In this document: one piece after another, positions 9,233-18,618 of the stretch | Layout of the letters: the number at the start of each line of letters is the position of its first letter | Numbering within the stretch: position 1 is the stretch's first letter | Origin: Alphaproteobacteria bacterium | GTDB taxonomy: Bacteria; Pseudomonadota; Alphaproteobacteria; CAAHEQ01; UBA3637 | Reading direction: 5' to 3' | Assembly: GCA_045536135.1 (NCBI GenBank) | Contig: JAZSNA010000003.1 | Span: 45,108-109,107 of the forward strand | Length of the DNA stretch: 64,000 nt | The notes under the pieces: generated by a model | What the model saw: the letters and a program-made list of their open reading frames with translations, nothing else | Databases searched by the model: none | What the model was told of the DNA's origin: nothing | Made by a program: the position numbers and the translations under genes

Positions 9233-10753
9233 TTGATGACAAAATTTTCTGTTAGAGTATCTGAATTTGAAAAAAGCTCTCTATCACAAAAACAAATAGA
9301 GAAAATGTTTTCAATTTTAGAAAAAAAAATAAAAAGATTCCAAAAAGTAAAATTCTCTCTAATTGAGGAAATGCAAAAAGAAAATTTGAGTTATCGATTG
9401 AAAACTATCGGAAAGAATTTTGTAATTGTAATTACGCGAGAACCATCAAATGCCGAGGAAATCTGTATAGGATATCCATTTCCAATTCATTCCAGATTAA
9501 ATAAACTTTCTTCCCCAGAGAAATTCAAAATAAAGTACTTTTTACGAGGCCAAATTCTTAGAAATGCACAAAAAAGTCACTTTATTAAAAAATTGCGCGA
9601 TTTAAAATTATCAGTCAATGTATCCGAGTTAAATTCTTTGAAAGAATTTTCCGAAAAATTATCAATCTGTATGAAAAAACTTAAGCCAGATGTTCTAAAT
9701 TATATTGATTTATACCATTTTTTGGGTGATTCTTTTCTCAGTACATATATGTTAGATGCTTTTGCACGCGATTATTCTATTCCCAAGAAAATAATATACA
9801 GCCAAAGCTATAAACACCTAAATGGATTTTACAATGCAAAGCCTTTAGAAAATCTCGGGCAATCACCAGGAAAAAGTATCTTCATATTCTCCGATTTATT
9901 GGATATAGATGATGCTTTTGTTCAAAATTCATTTTTTGACAGTCAAAAGGATGGATTATACATTATAAATAGTAGAAATTGTTTTTTTACCAAAGTAGAA
10001 AAAAATGTACATGTATTTTCTCTTAAAGGAAAAGAAGACGTCCTATTGACTCAAAATAATATTTTTGATTACATGAAGAATTGTATCAGACCTTTTGTAA
10101 AGAAGACTTCATTTCCGAATATAAATCCTTTACATAAGCAACCTTTAGGTAGGATTTATATTAATCCGTATTCTTCTCTAGCTCAAAAATCTTTAACAAT
10201 TGAGGAAATAAAAAAACTAATAGATCATATTCGGCTTATTATGCCAGAAATGGAAATTTATATTCCATATGGATATAATGATTACACAAAAAAATACACT
10301 CAAAAAATTAAGGAAAAAGTATCAAAAATCAATTTAATTGAAGATAATGGTATTTATGACTTATATAAGAGGATAAAAGATAACGGTATTGACCTTGTTA
10401 TTACTGTTGACACCGCTCTAACCCATATTCTAACAAAATATGGTATAAGAAACATAGTTTTATATAAGGATGGTTTTTGGGATCAAAAGTCGTTACAATC
10501 GTTAGTGGCAGAATCACCCATTGCTTTCTGTAGTCAATATTATTGGCAGTACCCGTTTATTTTGAAATGTGAAAATGACATAGAAAAGATATGTGAGTTA
10601 ATTGGTTTCTTTTACAGGATTTCAGAACGTCCTGTGATTCCAGATTTAGAACTCGAGCAATCCTGCTTCAGTCAAGCTACAAACAAAAGAATAAGAAAGA
10701 TTAGTAACAAACTGGGATGTAATAAGAAATTAACTCAAGAATTTTCTAGTTAG
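9233..10753 (+). CDS. hypothetical 506-aa protein with GT9 (heptosyltransferase)-like C-terminal segment
   Basis: DLVITVDTALTHILTKYGIRNIVLY resembles the GT9 donor-binding motif (lvi.nDSGpmHlAaAlg.P.valfG). The N-terminal ~350 aa has no recognisable motif. Confidence 0.3.
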   Translation: MMTKFSVRVSEFEKSSLSQKQIEKMFSILEKKIKRFQKVKFSLIEEMQKENLSYRLKTIGKNFVIVITREPSNAEEICIGYPFPIHSRLNKLSSPEKFKIKYFLRGQILRNAQKSHFIKKLRDLKLSVNVSELNSLKEFSEKLSICMKKLKPDVLNYIDLYHFLGDSFLSTYMLDAFARDYSIPKKIIYSQSYKHLNGFYNAKPLENLGQSPGKSIFIFSDLLDIDDAFVQNSFFDSQKDGLYIINSRNCFFTKVEKNVHVFSLKGKEDVLLTQNNIFDYMKNCIRPFVKKTSFPNINPLHKQPLGRIYINPYSSLAQKSLTIEEIKKLIDHIRLIMPEMEIYIPYGYNDYTKKYTQKIKEKVSKINLIEDNGIYDLYKRIKDNGIDLVITVDTALTHILTKYGIRNIVLYKDGFWDQKSLQSLVAESPIAFCSQYYWQYPFILKCENDIEKICELIGFFYRISERPVIPDLELEQSCFSQATNKRIRKISNKLGCNKKLTQEFSS

Positions 10754-11360
10754 ATTCTTTGTAGAGTTGTGGATTTAGGTTCGGGTCATTGTACATTTTA
10801 AAAGAATGATAAAGTTTTATTTGTTTTCTGCCCTCAACACACTCTTTAATAAGAGATTTGGTTGCTCTTATTAAATCTTTTTGTTGTTGGGATAGAACCT
10901 TTAATTTTGTTTTACATGACATTAGATGGTCAGCTGATACGTCTTTTCTGATTGTTTGTTCTTTCATATGATAAATTTTCAAATTTAAAATAGATAATCT
11001 ATCAATAATCATGCCTATAGTTTCTGTGTGTACAGGCACATTTTGTTTAATCTGAGTACAAATCAGAGGAACAAAAATCGTATCTATTTTTTCAAAATAA
11101 TTCGTGCGTTCTTGGTTTAGTACATCAATTTTTCGTTTGCATTCAACTAGTTTTTTATCGGAGATGTCTTTTCTTCTCACAATATCTTCCGTATGCCATA
11201 ATAAATAATTTGAAGCATGATTTGCTTTAACCGTAAGTAATAGACTGTTTCCACTATACTTGATCGCCTTTTGATATCCAATTTTATGCCAATGCTTAGT
11301 TAATTCCGTTTGTTTTAATACGATTGAATCTATTAATCTATATAATTTTTGCATATTCAT
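10746..11360 (-). CDS. hypothetical protein (only minus-strand gene in the island)
   Basis: 204-aa ORF convergent with the upstream operon (8-nt stop overlap). No motif recognised. It could be a regulator or immunity-type function. Confidence 0.3.
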   Translation of the reverse strand: MNMQKLYRLIDSIVLKQTELTKHWHKIGYQKAIKYSGNSLLLTVKANHASNYLLWHTEDIVRRKDISDKKLVECKRKIDVLNQERTNYFEKIDTIFVPLICTQIKQNVPVHTETIGMIIDRLSILNLKIYHMKEQTIRKDVSADHLMSCKTKLKVLSQQQKDLIRATKSLIKECVEGRKQIKLYHSFKMYNDPNLNPQLYKESN

Positions 11361-11452
11361 TTTATATTCCTTTTGATTTTATCAGTCTTAGATGAACAGT
11401 AACAAACAATTTAAAAAAAATCAACTTTTTTTAATGGTTTCGGCTAAACCTC

Positions 11453-11481
11453 TTGACAATAAAAGATAAAAAAAGTATTCT
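11453..11481 (+). promoter_or_regulatory. sigma70-like promoter TTGACA-17-TATTCT for the distal half of the island
   Basis: TTGACA at 11453-11458 and TATTCT at 11476-11481 with a 17-nt spacer. A strong AAAGGAGG RBS precedes the ATG at 11508. Confidence 0.4.
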
Positions 11482-11507
11482 TAAGGCAATAATCCAAAGG
11501 AGGAAAC

Positions 11508-12437
11508 ATGTCAATCTTTGCATTTAAACTTCGAAACCGTTTTATAAAACCATACGCAACCGGATATCTGCCCACACAGGATGGACATCAAATTTTTTAT
11601 CAAGAAGTTGGCAATCCAAAAGGGGAACCAGTCATAGTGTTTCATGGTGGCCCCGGAAGTCAATGCTATCCATTTTTTGCTTGCACATTTAATCTAAAAA
11701 AACAACGAGTTATCATGTTCGATCAACGCGGATGTGGCAAATCTAAATTCGATAAGCCGCTCTATAAAAATACTTCACAAAATACGATAAATGACGCTAT
11801 AAGACTTCTGGAACATTTAAATATTTCTGAAAAAATAGTTTGCACAGGAGGTTCTTGGGGGTCAACATTAGCGATATTATTTGCAGAAACATATCCTCAA
11901 AAAGTCAAAAAGATAATTGTAAATTGTATATTTTTAGGTCGAAAAAAAGATATAGAAAATATGACGCCGATTGCTTCATATTTTTACCCAGATGCTGTCG
12001 AAACCGTTAAGAAAGCTGCAAATGGAAAGGATTTGGATAGATATTATAGTGAATTGTTAGCTTCAAATAAAAGATCTGACCAAGAAAGGGCTGTCCAGTA
12101 CTATAAAAAACTTGAAAAAACAGCATGTGATGCCTCTTTGATAGTGGATTTTTCAAAAGGCGAAATATCCGATAAAGATATTTTGAAATTCCAAATTTTT
12201 ATGCACTATAAATACAATAATTATTTCTTGAAAGACAATCAATTACTAGTCAATGCTAAGAATATAAAAAATATTCCTACAGAAATTTATCAAAATCGCT
12301 TAGATTTCTGTTGTCCACCATATCAAGCTTATGAATTACATAAAGCTTTACCTAAAGCAAAATTCTATCTGATTCCTGATCGTGGACATGGAAGCGATAT
12401 GCTCTTTTATGAAATGTACAAAAATAATTTGGCGTAA
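11508..12437 (+). CDS. alpha/beta-hydrolase, proline iminopeptidase (S33)-like
   Basis: HGGPGS oxyanion motif and GGSWGS nucleophile elbow (G-x-S-x-G), with a C-terminal His, as in prolyl aminopeptidases. Confidence 0.55.
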   Translation: MSIFAFKLRNRFIKPYATGYLPTQDGHQIFYQEVGNPKGEPVIVFHGGPGSQCYPFFACTFNLKKQRVIMFDQRGCGKSKFDKPLYKNTSQNTINDAIRLLEHLNISEKIVCTGGSWGSTLAILFAETYPQKVKKIIVNCIFLGRKKDIENMTPIASYFYPDAVETVKKAANGKDLDRYYSELLASNKRSDQERAVQYYKKLEKTACDASLIVDFSKGEISDKDILKFQIFMHYKYNNYFLKDNQLLVNAKNIKNIPTEIYQNRLDFCCPPYQAYELHKALPKAKFYLIPDRGHGSDMLFYEMYKNNLA

Positions 12438-12452
12438 TTATAGGGGTTTTAC

Positions 12453-13370
12453 TTGAAGAAAAATAAAACATACAAAGAAATATGCCTTAGCGAATGTGAT
12501 AATGGGATAATTGGACATTTTTTATTGTGGGTTTATAAAAAATTTAATTATCCCCGTTTTTTATGGACACTTAAATTACGTTATTTAATTTTAGAGTATC
12601 TTGCGCGCAAATATGCCCTTTCTTCAATGGGAAAGCATTGTGAGATGCGAGCAAACTATATAAAAGAACTCTATAAAAATTGTAAAAAAGGACTATTTCC
12701 TAAAGGGCATTACACTTACAATAACGCTTTTACAAAGAAATATTTTTCATCTAAAAATAGGGGCTCTATTTTCCTAGTTATGGATGTTTTCTTTGATCAC
12801 AAAAAGAACGTTGAATACGGTAATTATTTATTAGAGGTTTTTGACCCTATTCATCGTCTAGACCTACAAAATTTTTACAAGAAATGGGATTCAAATGCTA
12901 AAAACATTAATTTTTATCTGTGGCTGGAAAAAAACTATCAGAGCTCACATATCCCGGAAATTGAATACTTAAGTGAATCTGAAAAAAGAAAGTGTGAACT
13001 TGTTAATCGTTTAGGAAAACTCTATGAAAAGAGAACAGGCAAACCTCTTACCACTGAACCGGATAAGGAATATATATTCATTTTGGATGATCAAAATCGA
13101 TTGTATGGAATTTATTCTTCAGAGCCTATTCGTCACACATCGCTATCATTAGGGAAACCAGTAATCTGCGTGGGTGATATTTCTGTTCGAAAAGGACAAC
13201 TTCTTAAAATATCTTTAGACAGTGGGCATTATCATCCAAAACTTCAGACATTAGTAGCTTTTAACAATTTTATTCAAATTCCAAAGAAAACAGTTATAGA
13301 ATTCTATGATGGTAATATGAAAACATCATCGACATGGAATGTAATCTCACATCAGATTGATATAGTTTGA
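12453..13370 (+). CDS. hypothetical protein
   Basis: 305-aa ORF with a TTG start and an AGGGG RBS. No recognisable motif. Confidence 0.3.
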   Translation: MKKNKTYKEICLSECDNGIIGHFLLWVYKKFNYPRFLWTLKLRYLILEYLARKYALSSMGKHCEMRANYIKELYKNCKKGLFPKGHYTYNNAFTKKYFSSKNRGSIFLVMDVFFDHKKNVEYGNYLLEVFDPIHRLDLQNFYKKWDSNAKNINFYLWLEKNYQSSHIPEIEYLSESEKRKCELVNRLGKLYEKRTGKPLTTEPDKEYIFILDDQNRLYGIYSSEPIRHTSLSLGKPVICVGDISVRKGQLLKISLDSGHYHPKLQTLVAFNNFIQIPKKTVIEFYDGNMKTSSTWNVISHQIDIV

Positions 13371-13428
13371 CTTATAAAACAAACTATTATATAATCTCCA
13401 TAGCTTTAATAGTAAAAGGAGAGTATTT

Positions 13429-14220
13429 ATGATTAGATATTACTGTAGTGGATTTGATATAAACAATGCTTTTGGACATGGTCTTGGGGCAATGTTTAAG
13501 TCTGAATTAAAAGACACAAAAAGCATTGTTTATATTCCTGGCGGCTATGATAAAATTGAAAAGGCAAAAACAAAGTATGTCCCGATTTTTACTGAGCATT
13601 TTAGAAACTCTGGAATTGAATTTGAAACAGTACACTTACTTACTCCTGAGTTAGGATCAAGACGGGCAAACGAGCTGTGTAAAAACGCCGATTTTATTAT
13701 GCTAATGGGAGGATGTCCATTCCAACAAAAGAAATTATGTGAAAAACTGGAGATCATGGACCAATTAAAAAACTACAATGGCATTATGTTAGGCCTCAGC
13801 GCGGGAGCGATGCTGATGTCGAAACATGTTATAGTTACGCCTTGCAGTGAGGAGTATCCAGATTTTCGTGTGGAAGATGGTTTAAATCTTGATAGTATAT
13901 CAATATTTCCACATAATAACACAACTCTACTTGAATATCCGGATAAACTAATATCAGGCGATGAAACATATAAAAAATCCGATTTGCTGACCGTATCCAA
14001 ACAATACGGCCCATTTTATTTATTACAAGATAATCCTAAACCAAATGGGACAACAGATGTAAGTGCAATAAAATCTTCCAATGGTAAATTAGAATTTTAT
14101 ACGGAAAACGATGGTAGAATTTGGCTGGTCGATAAAGATGTTCACCTGGTATGTGATCCTAAAAAATCACACCACAATAACGAATTATTGCGTTTTGCAG
14201 GGATAAAAGAAAGAGAATAA
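13429..14220 (+). CDS. peptidase S51 (peptidase E / cyanophycinase-like) family protein
   Basis: MLMGGCPF...GIMLGLSAGAMLM matches the S51 GG-x-F...G-x-S-A-G nucleophile region. Confidence 0.4.
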   Translation: MIRYYCSGFDINNAFGHGLGAMFKSELKDTKSIVYIPGGYDKIEKAKTKYVPIFTEHFRNSGIEFETVHLLTPELGSRRANELCKNADFIMLMGGCPFQQKKLCEKLEIMDQLKNYNGIMLGLSAGAMLMSKHVIVTPCSEEYPDFRVEDGLNLDSISIFPHNNTTLLEYPDKLISGDETYKKSDLLTVSKQYGPFYLLQDNPKPNGTTDVSAIKSSNGKLEFYTENDGRIWLVDKDVHLVCDPKKSHHNNELLRFAGIKERE

Positions 14221-14288
14221 AGATCCCCTTTCAATTTTGCTAATTAGACGTATTACCAAATTATGTCTGAGAATACAAACAAAATCTT

Positions 14289-14483
14289 TTAATTTGTACA
14301 TAAATCATCGTAAACCACATTGTTTCTATCAATTTGACGGACAGTTTCCGGGGTGTCATGCTCATAATCCGCATACACCGGTTCGTATAAAAGGCAAAAA
14401 TCACCGTTTATATTTGTCGTGCAACCGCTTAACGCGCTCAGGATCAGCCAGGCTATCCCGACTTCTTTTAGCTTTTTGAACAT
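14289..14483 (-). CDS. o-spanin (Rz1-like outer-membrane lipoprotein)
   Basis: 64 aa with a signal peptide and LSGC lipobox. It overlaps the Rz-like gene in another frame. Confidence 0.45.
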   Translation of the reverse strand: MFKKLKEVGIAWLILSALSGCTTNINGDFCLLYEPVYADYEHDTPETVRQIDRNNVVYDDLCTN

Positions 14484-14622
14484 TTTCTAAGGTTCCTTTC
14501 ATTGTTTTGACTTGTTCTTTGTGTTTTCCTTTTTGATAGCCCAGCAGGTATAAAATTGCTAAACCACCGCCGATAATCCAATATTTAGCTTTATTCCAAG
14601 CCGTTGTTATGAGTGTCCACAT
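14401..14622 (-). CDS. i-spanin (Rz-like)
   Basis: 73 aa with an N-terminal transmembrane helix and a charged coiled C-terminus. It lies directly after the holin. Confidence 0.45.
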   Translation of the reverse strand: MWTLITTAWNKAKYWIIGGGLAILYLLGYQKGKHKEQVKTMKGTLENVQKAKRSRDSLADPERVKRLHDKYKR

Positions 14623-14803
14623 TGTTTTTTCCTTTCTTTAACCCAATATCTCGTACTCCGCTTACGCCAAGCACAATACCTAGTCCCATCAGCAGATATT
14701 CCCAATCCACGTTTGGGACACTAAAAAACGGGACAACCACGCAATTGTGGAATATCCCGTAGCATAAAATCCAACCAATCGTTGGTATCCATTTCCGTTT
14801 CAT
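14591..14803 (-). CDS. holin (putative)
   Basis: 70 aa with two hydrophobic helices and a charged C-terminus (KKGKNN). It is positioned between the endolysin and the spanins. Confidence 0.4.
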   Translation of the reverse strand: MKRKWIPTIGWILCYGIFHNCVVVPFFSVPNVDWEYLLMGLGIVLGVSGVRDIGLKKGKNNVDTHNNGLE

Positions 14804-15216
14804 AGAAGTGCAATTCCTTTCTGAATGGTTTCGTTTGAATAAGGCTGTATGCCGTTTTCGTGCCTGATGATCGCCTTGATAAATACAGTCAAAGTGCCGA
14901 TTTCGGTCAAATCAACTTTACCATCCGGTGTGATACCGAGCTGAGCGGCCACACTTTGGATATAGGCTTGTGTTTGGTTTTCACTCGGCGGAGCGTATCG
15001 GCTGATTATCTTTCTTGGCGTATCTAAACCGTATAGTTTTTGGTAATTTAGCAAAAGTCTTGCCAACGCTCTGATACCATAAACGGCCGATATAAATACA
15101 CAAAAGGACGGATCTTGTTCTTTCCCGTCCTGTTTTAATCCTAGCCAATTTTCTCCCCATCTGATGTTTCCAGGGTTATTGTTTCGAATGCCTCTTGGCT
15201 GTCGTGTTTGGTTCAT
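14800..15216 (-). CDS. putative endolysin / peptidoglycan hydrolase (RNNNPGNIR-motif family)
   Basis: 138 aa with a conserved RGIRNNNPGNIRWG segment seen in phage lysis or virion-associated muralytic proteins. It sits immediately upstream of the holin. The assignment is largely positional. Confidence 0.3.
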   Translation of the reverse strand: MNQTRQPRGIRNNNPGNIRWGENWLGLKQDGKEQDPSFCVFISAVYGIRALARLLLNYQKLYGLDTPRKIISRYAPPSENQTQAYIQSVAAQLGITPDGKVDLTEIGTLTVFIKAIIRHENGIQPYSNETIQKGIALL

Positions 15217-15430
15217 GATGTAAACTCCATATCATTTCTCGTAAATCGTCAATTTTAGTTTCCAGTCGGGCGATATGCGTCTGAGTTGCATACTCTTTGG
15301 CCACCGCTACTTTGAATTCGTTTAACTCTCTTTCAACACTTTTGATTTCCCTCCGTTGTTCTCCCAGTTTATAAAAAAACCAACCAAAGGCTGGCACACA
15401 AATGATTTGTAGGAATTGTATCCAATCCAT
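15176..15430 (-). CDS. small membrane protein (holin/antiholin-like or moron)
   Basis: 84 aa with an N-terminal TM helix followed by a coiled coil. It lies between the J-like gene and the endolysin. Confidence 0.25.
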   Translation of the reverse strand: MDWIQFLQIICVPAFGWFFYKLGEQRREIKSVERELNEFKVAVAKEYATQTHIARLETKIDDLREMIWSLHHEPNTTAKRHSKQ

Positions 15431-15439
15431 GTTTTTCTC

Positions 15440-17662
15440 CTATTGATGTACTCGGCTATCTTCAATAACCGCTGTTATTTCTACCTTGGTGGAGCGTGGA
15501 TGTATGCCCGTTACACGTGCAAGTACACTCCATTTATCGGCGGTTCCAAAGGCAAAATGCGTTCGTTCTGCATCTGTGCCGGTTAAGATGTCAATGTCCG
15601 GTTCTTCCGATAAGATAACTTCGGTCGTCAATGCTCCGGGAGTGACGACAAAAGGTCCTGATAAAGACCCGTTTTTCTTTCGTAATGCCAAATAATGTGT
15701 TTGACCTTCTTCAAACTTGACCGGTTCGGACAGGCTTAGTGTCAGACCTTTCTTTTCCGTCACTTCTCCGCCTTGGCCCCATTTAGCCATATCGTGAGTG
15801 ATAGCGATCAGATCTCCATAACTCGGCACCAGTCCTTCCAGTTCTGTTGTGAAGTTGACAATACGTCTGCGGTATCGGTTGGCCAACGCCATATAAGTTG
15901 CTTCTCTTAATGCTTGGTCTTTGTTTGTGCATCCAAATAGCTCAACTGTCGCTGTTTTATCTGAAGATGAACCTTCAAAAGAGCCAACGACTTCGGAGGT
16001 TTTCCAAGTCTTTTCCGAAAAATACTGAACACAAACGCTGTCGGCTGTGTCTTCGGACGGCATCACATATTGTATAGATAGGCTGTTTTTTACAATATTT
16101 CGTGGTCCGAAAAGTGCTACAGGTATGTTTTTCGGCTCGTCCCGGACGAAACGAACAATACCACCTTGAATAAAAGGAATAGCTCGTCCAACTCGGGCTG
16201 TTCGGGATAAGGCTTCATAAACCGTCAGTTTGCTATCAAACACGCCGTTAAAGGTATCGCCTCGGCTGTTCCACGTCTGGTCAAGGTTATAAAGAGCTTG
16301 CAGATCTATGGATTTATCAGCAAGTCCGGCACCGTATGATGCTCTTAAGATATCTGCCAACACCCAAGCCACAGAACGGGTCGCTACCGGCGATGACCAC
16401 CCGGAAGTCGGAGACCAAGTAGGCAGTTTTCTTGTGACGATACAGTTGACCATACGTGACGAACGCTGTGATAAGTTATCGGTGGCACGCATCGTAATGG
16501 CAAGCAATGTCACATTCCCGTAGTCCTTATCCGATACGATGTAGCCTTTGGCTGAACCCCAACGAATTTCATGTCCGGCACGTGAAGATGTGTCTTTGGC
16601 ATCTAACCGGGTAGCTCGGACCTCATATCTGCCGGTTGTTACCGAATAGGTATAGGTTTGATACATAGCGTTATGGTTATTGCTTGTGATACTTTCTGTT
16701 CCAAGGGTTACCCAGTCACCCAGCGCTTTATCTTCATCATCTATTCGTCTGGCATCGATACGCCATTGAATGGTTTTATTGGCCATGGTTCCATTGTCGT
16801 TTGCGTAATAACAGCCTCGTTGAAATGCCACATCAATTTCAATTTTATTGATAACGCTTTCGGTCGGGTTTAACACAAACGGACCACAAATGGTATCCTT
16901 TAACAGTTCCTGACCGGCCACTTCATTGGAAGTTACCACATCTTCTTCAAAAAGCGTGTTTTTACCTCCGGGTGGAATGATTTGATAGGTTATTTCTTCA
17001 AATGAGCTGATCGGCGTGTCCTCAATTCGTATCTGTTCGACATTGTATTCGCCTTGACCTATGCAATGAAGCTGATAGACGTATTGCTCGTTGTTTGCAT
17101 ATTTATAATAAGGCTGACTGGCAAAATCCGGATATATCAGGTGGCGGCCGTAAATAACAGGGATTGGATTACCAAGGCGAGCCTGATTACCTTGCGCTTG
17201 TAAGGAATAAGTCGGACTTTGAGTCAGGCTTGATGTTGTCATTCCATTAAGCGATGCTTTAGGTGTTGGCACAAAGGTATTAATTAAAATTCCGCCACCG
17301 ACAGAAACAGCCGCCGCAGCAACGCCACCCCAAAAGGCACCATAAGCAGCTCCCACAGCACCGCCTGTATAAACAGTAGCAACAATTAAGGCCACCGTTA
17401 GAACAATTTGCAAAGGGTTTGAACTTTTGCCTCCACCACCCTGTGGCAGAGCTACAAAACTAACCACCGCTTTTTGATGTAGAGTAATGTTCCAGTCTTT
17501 TCTGAGTTTTGCCACACCATCAACCAAACAGACTGTTGGTCGGCTTAAATCAATTTTTTGCTCTTTAACGATTTGCCAAACGGTTTGTTTTCCGGGCAAG
17601 GCTTTGCTTATCCGTCCCTTGTTTGGATTAAACGGATTTGTTAGATAATTAAAATAAACCAT
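15440..17662 (-). CDS. tail tip / host-specificity protein (lambda J-like position)
   Basis: 740 aa, the last large tail gene after the K-like gene. It has a Gly/Ala-rich hydrophobic N-terminal segment. Confidence 0.5.
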   Translation of the reverse strand: MVYFNYLTNPFNPNKGRISKALPGKQTVWQIVKEQKIDLSRPTVCLVDGVAKLRKDWNITLHQKAVVSFVALPQGGGGKSSNPLQIVLTVALIVATVYTGGAVGAAYGAFWGGVAAAAVSVGGGILINTFVPTPKASLNGMTTSSLTQSPTYSLQAQGNQARLGNPIPVIYGRHLIYPDFASQPYYKYANNEQYVYQLHCIGQGEYNVEQIRIEDTPISSFEEITYQIIPPGGKNTLFEEDVVTSNEVAGQELLKDTICGPFVLNPTESVINKIEIDVAFQRGCYYANDNGTMANKTIQWRIDARRIDDEDKALGDWVTLGTESITSNNHNAMYQTYTYSVTTGRYEVRATRLDAKDTSSRAGHEIRWGSAKGYIVSDKDYGNVTLLAITMRATDNLSQRSSRMVNCIVTRKLPTWSPTSGWSSPVATRSVAWVLADILRASYGAGLADKSIDLQALYNLDQTWNSRGDTFNGVFDSKLTVYEALSRTARVGRAIPFIQGGIVRFVRDEPKNIPVALFGPRNIVKNSLSIQYVMPSEDTADSVCVQYFSEKTWKTSEVVGSFEGSSSDKTATVELFGCTNKDQALREATYMALANRYRRRIVNFTTELEGLVPSYGDLIAITHDMAKWGQGGEVTEKKGLTLSLSEPVKFEEGQTHYLALRKKNGSLSGPFVVTPGALTTEVILSEEPDIDILTGTDAERTHFAFGTADKWSVLARVTGIHPRSTKVEITAVIEDSRVHQ

Positions 17663-17666
17663 TGTT

Positions 17667-18071
17667 TTAACTTTCTTTCACTCGGTAATAACTGTCAAGG
17701 TACCAACCGCAGGTGTTTAATGAGCGGACATTTTGGAATACAACGCCGCTATCCCGAACACAGTGCAAAACACCACCGCCGTCTATGTCTAACCATAACC
17801 CGGCATGAACGGGATTTTTGGATTGTCTCATCAAAACAACATCTCCGTTGTGAGGTGCCGGCACTTCAATAAAGGCTTGAAATGCCAAATCCACCTTAAA
17901 GGCGTGCAGGACATCTCTTAAATTATTCGGATTAATGTTGACCGGTGGCACATCATGGCCAAACTCGTGCAACAGCACATAACGGACAAAGCCCCAACAA
18001 TCAAAACTGTCAGGGCCTTGTGCTCCGGCGATCCATGGTCGCCCGATATACTTTAATGCAAAATGTGTCAT
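17667..18071 (-). CDS. tail assembly protein with NlpC/P60 peptidase fold (lambda K-like)
   Basis: 134 aa with an FDCWGFV catalytic-Cys motif of NlpC/P60, plus downstream His. Position between the L-like and J-like genes. Confidence 0.5.
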   Translation of the reverse strand: MTHFALKYIGRPWIAGAQGPDSFDCWGFVRYVLLHEFGHDVPPVNINPNNLRDVLHAFKVDLAFQAFIEVPAPHNGDVVLMRQSKNPVHAGLWLDIDGGGVLHCVRDSGVVFQNVRSLNTCGWYLDSYYRVKES

Positions 18072-18610
18072 CTTGATAATCCCGGATACTTTTTAACGGT
18101 GTAGTTTTTTGCAGGAAACGACTTGTTGCCGATGTCCATCATTCGAGCTGTGGCCGATATTTTAGAAATATCCGCTGTAACTTCAGTAATAACCAATGTA
18201 ATCGGCGGATCCATTTGTGGCGTACTTAAATCGTTTGTCAGATATGGGCGATAGGTCATTTCTATCATATCCTGCGTTTCAACAGCTCTATCCAAGTATT
18301 TGATGATTTCTGTTGAAACGTTATCGATGGACAAAGTAATCTCCGGTACCGGTATAGCCTCAACTGGCGGCAATTCCAAATCAAATGCCAACGCCTGAAA
18401 CTCAACTTCATCTCCCGGATTAAGCGGAGCGGTGTCTTCAAGCCTACAGGTATAGTTCTTATTATCCCTGACAATACGAATGGCTGTTGGATTTCCTTTA
18501 TCGTCAACAAAAGCCGGATGCCTTAACTCCAAGGTGTGCAGTAAAACAACTTCACTTGGTGCCGATGCATAAGCCTCTTTAAGAGCTTCTGAGATAGTGT
18601 TATCTGTCAT
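18068..18610 (-). CDS. minor tail protein (lambda L-like)
   Basis: The N-terminus ASAPSEVVLLHTLEL resembles lambda L QSASVVLWEIDL. The start was moved to the ATG at 18610, which has an AGGAGG RBS. Confidence 0.4.
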   Translation of the reverse strand: MTDNTISEALKEAYASAPSEVVLLHTLELRHPAFVDDKGNPTAIRIVRDNKNYTCRLEDTAPLNPGDEVEFQALAFDLELPPVEAIPVPEITLSIDNVSTEIIKYLDRAVETQDMIEMTYRPYLTNDLSTPQMDPPITLVITEVTADISKISATARMMDIGNKSFPAKNYTVKKYPGLSR

Positions 18611-18618
18611 TAAACCTC

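Larger units (their letters stand above)
4677..14220 (+). other. AT-rich accessory island next to tRNA-Phe, encoding a putative novel biosynthetic or modification pathway
   Basis: Ten tightly packed genes with overlapping or abutting starts and stops. Base composition is visibly AT-richer than the flanking pheST and the prophage. The island begins 23 nt after tRNA-Phe. Confidence 0.5.

Noticed and set aside
11391-11468. 25-aa mini-ORF (MNSNKQFKKNQLFLMVSAKPLDNKR) considered as a possible RiPP precursor for the rSAM enzymes
   Set aside because: It has no RBS and overlaps the predicted TTGACA promoter. It has no Cys/Ser/Thr-rich core. More likely non-coding.
14230-14300. Search for attL/attR direct repeats matching the 3' ends of tRNA-Pro or tRNA-Phe at the distal prophage end
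   Set aside because: No copy of the tRNA 3' segments was found near 14230-14300. This is consistent with serine-recombinase integration, which leaves only a 2-bp crossover, so the boundaries cannot be fixed from sequence alone.
14237-14479. 80-aa plus-strand ORF
   Set aside because: It is antisense to the overlapping spanin genes.
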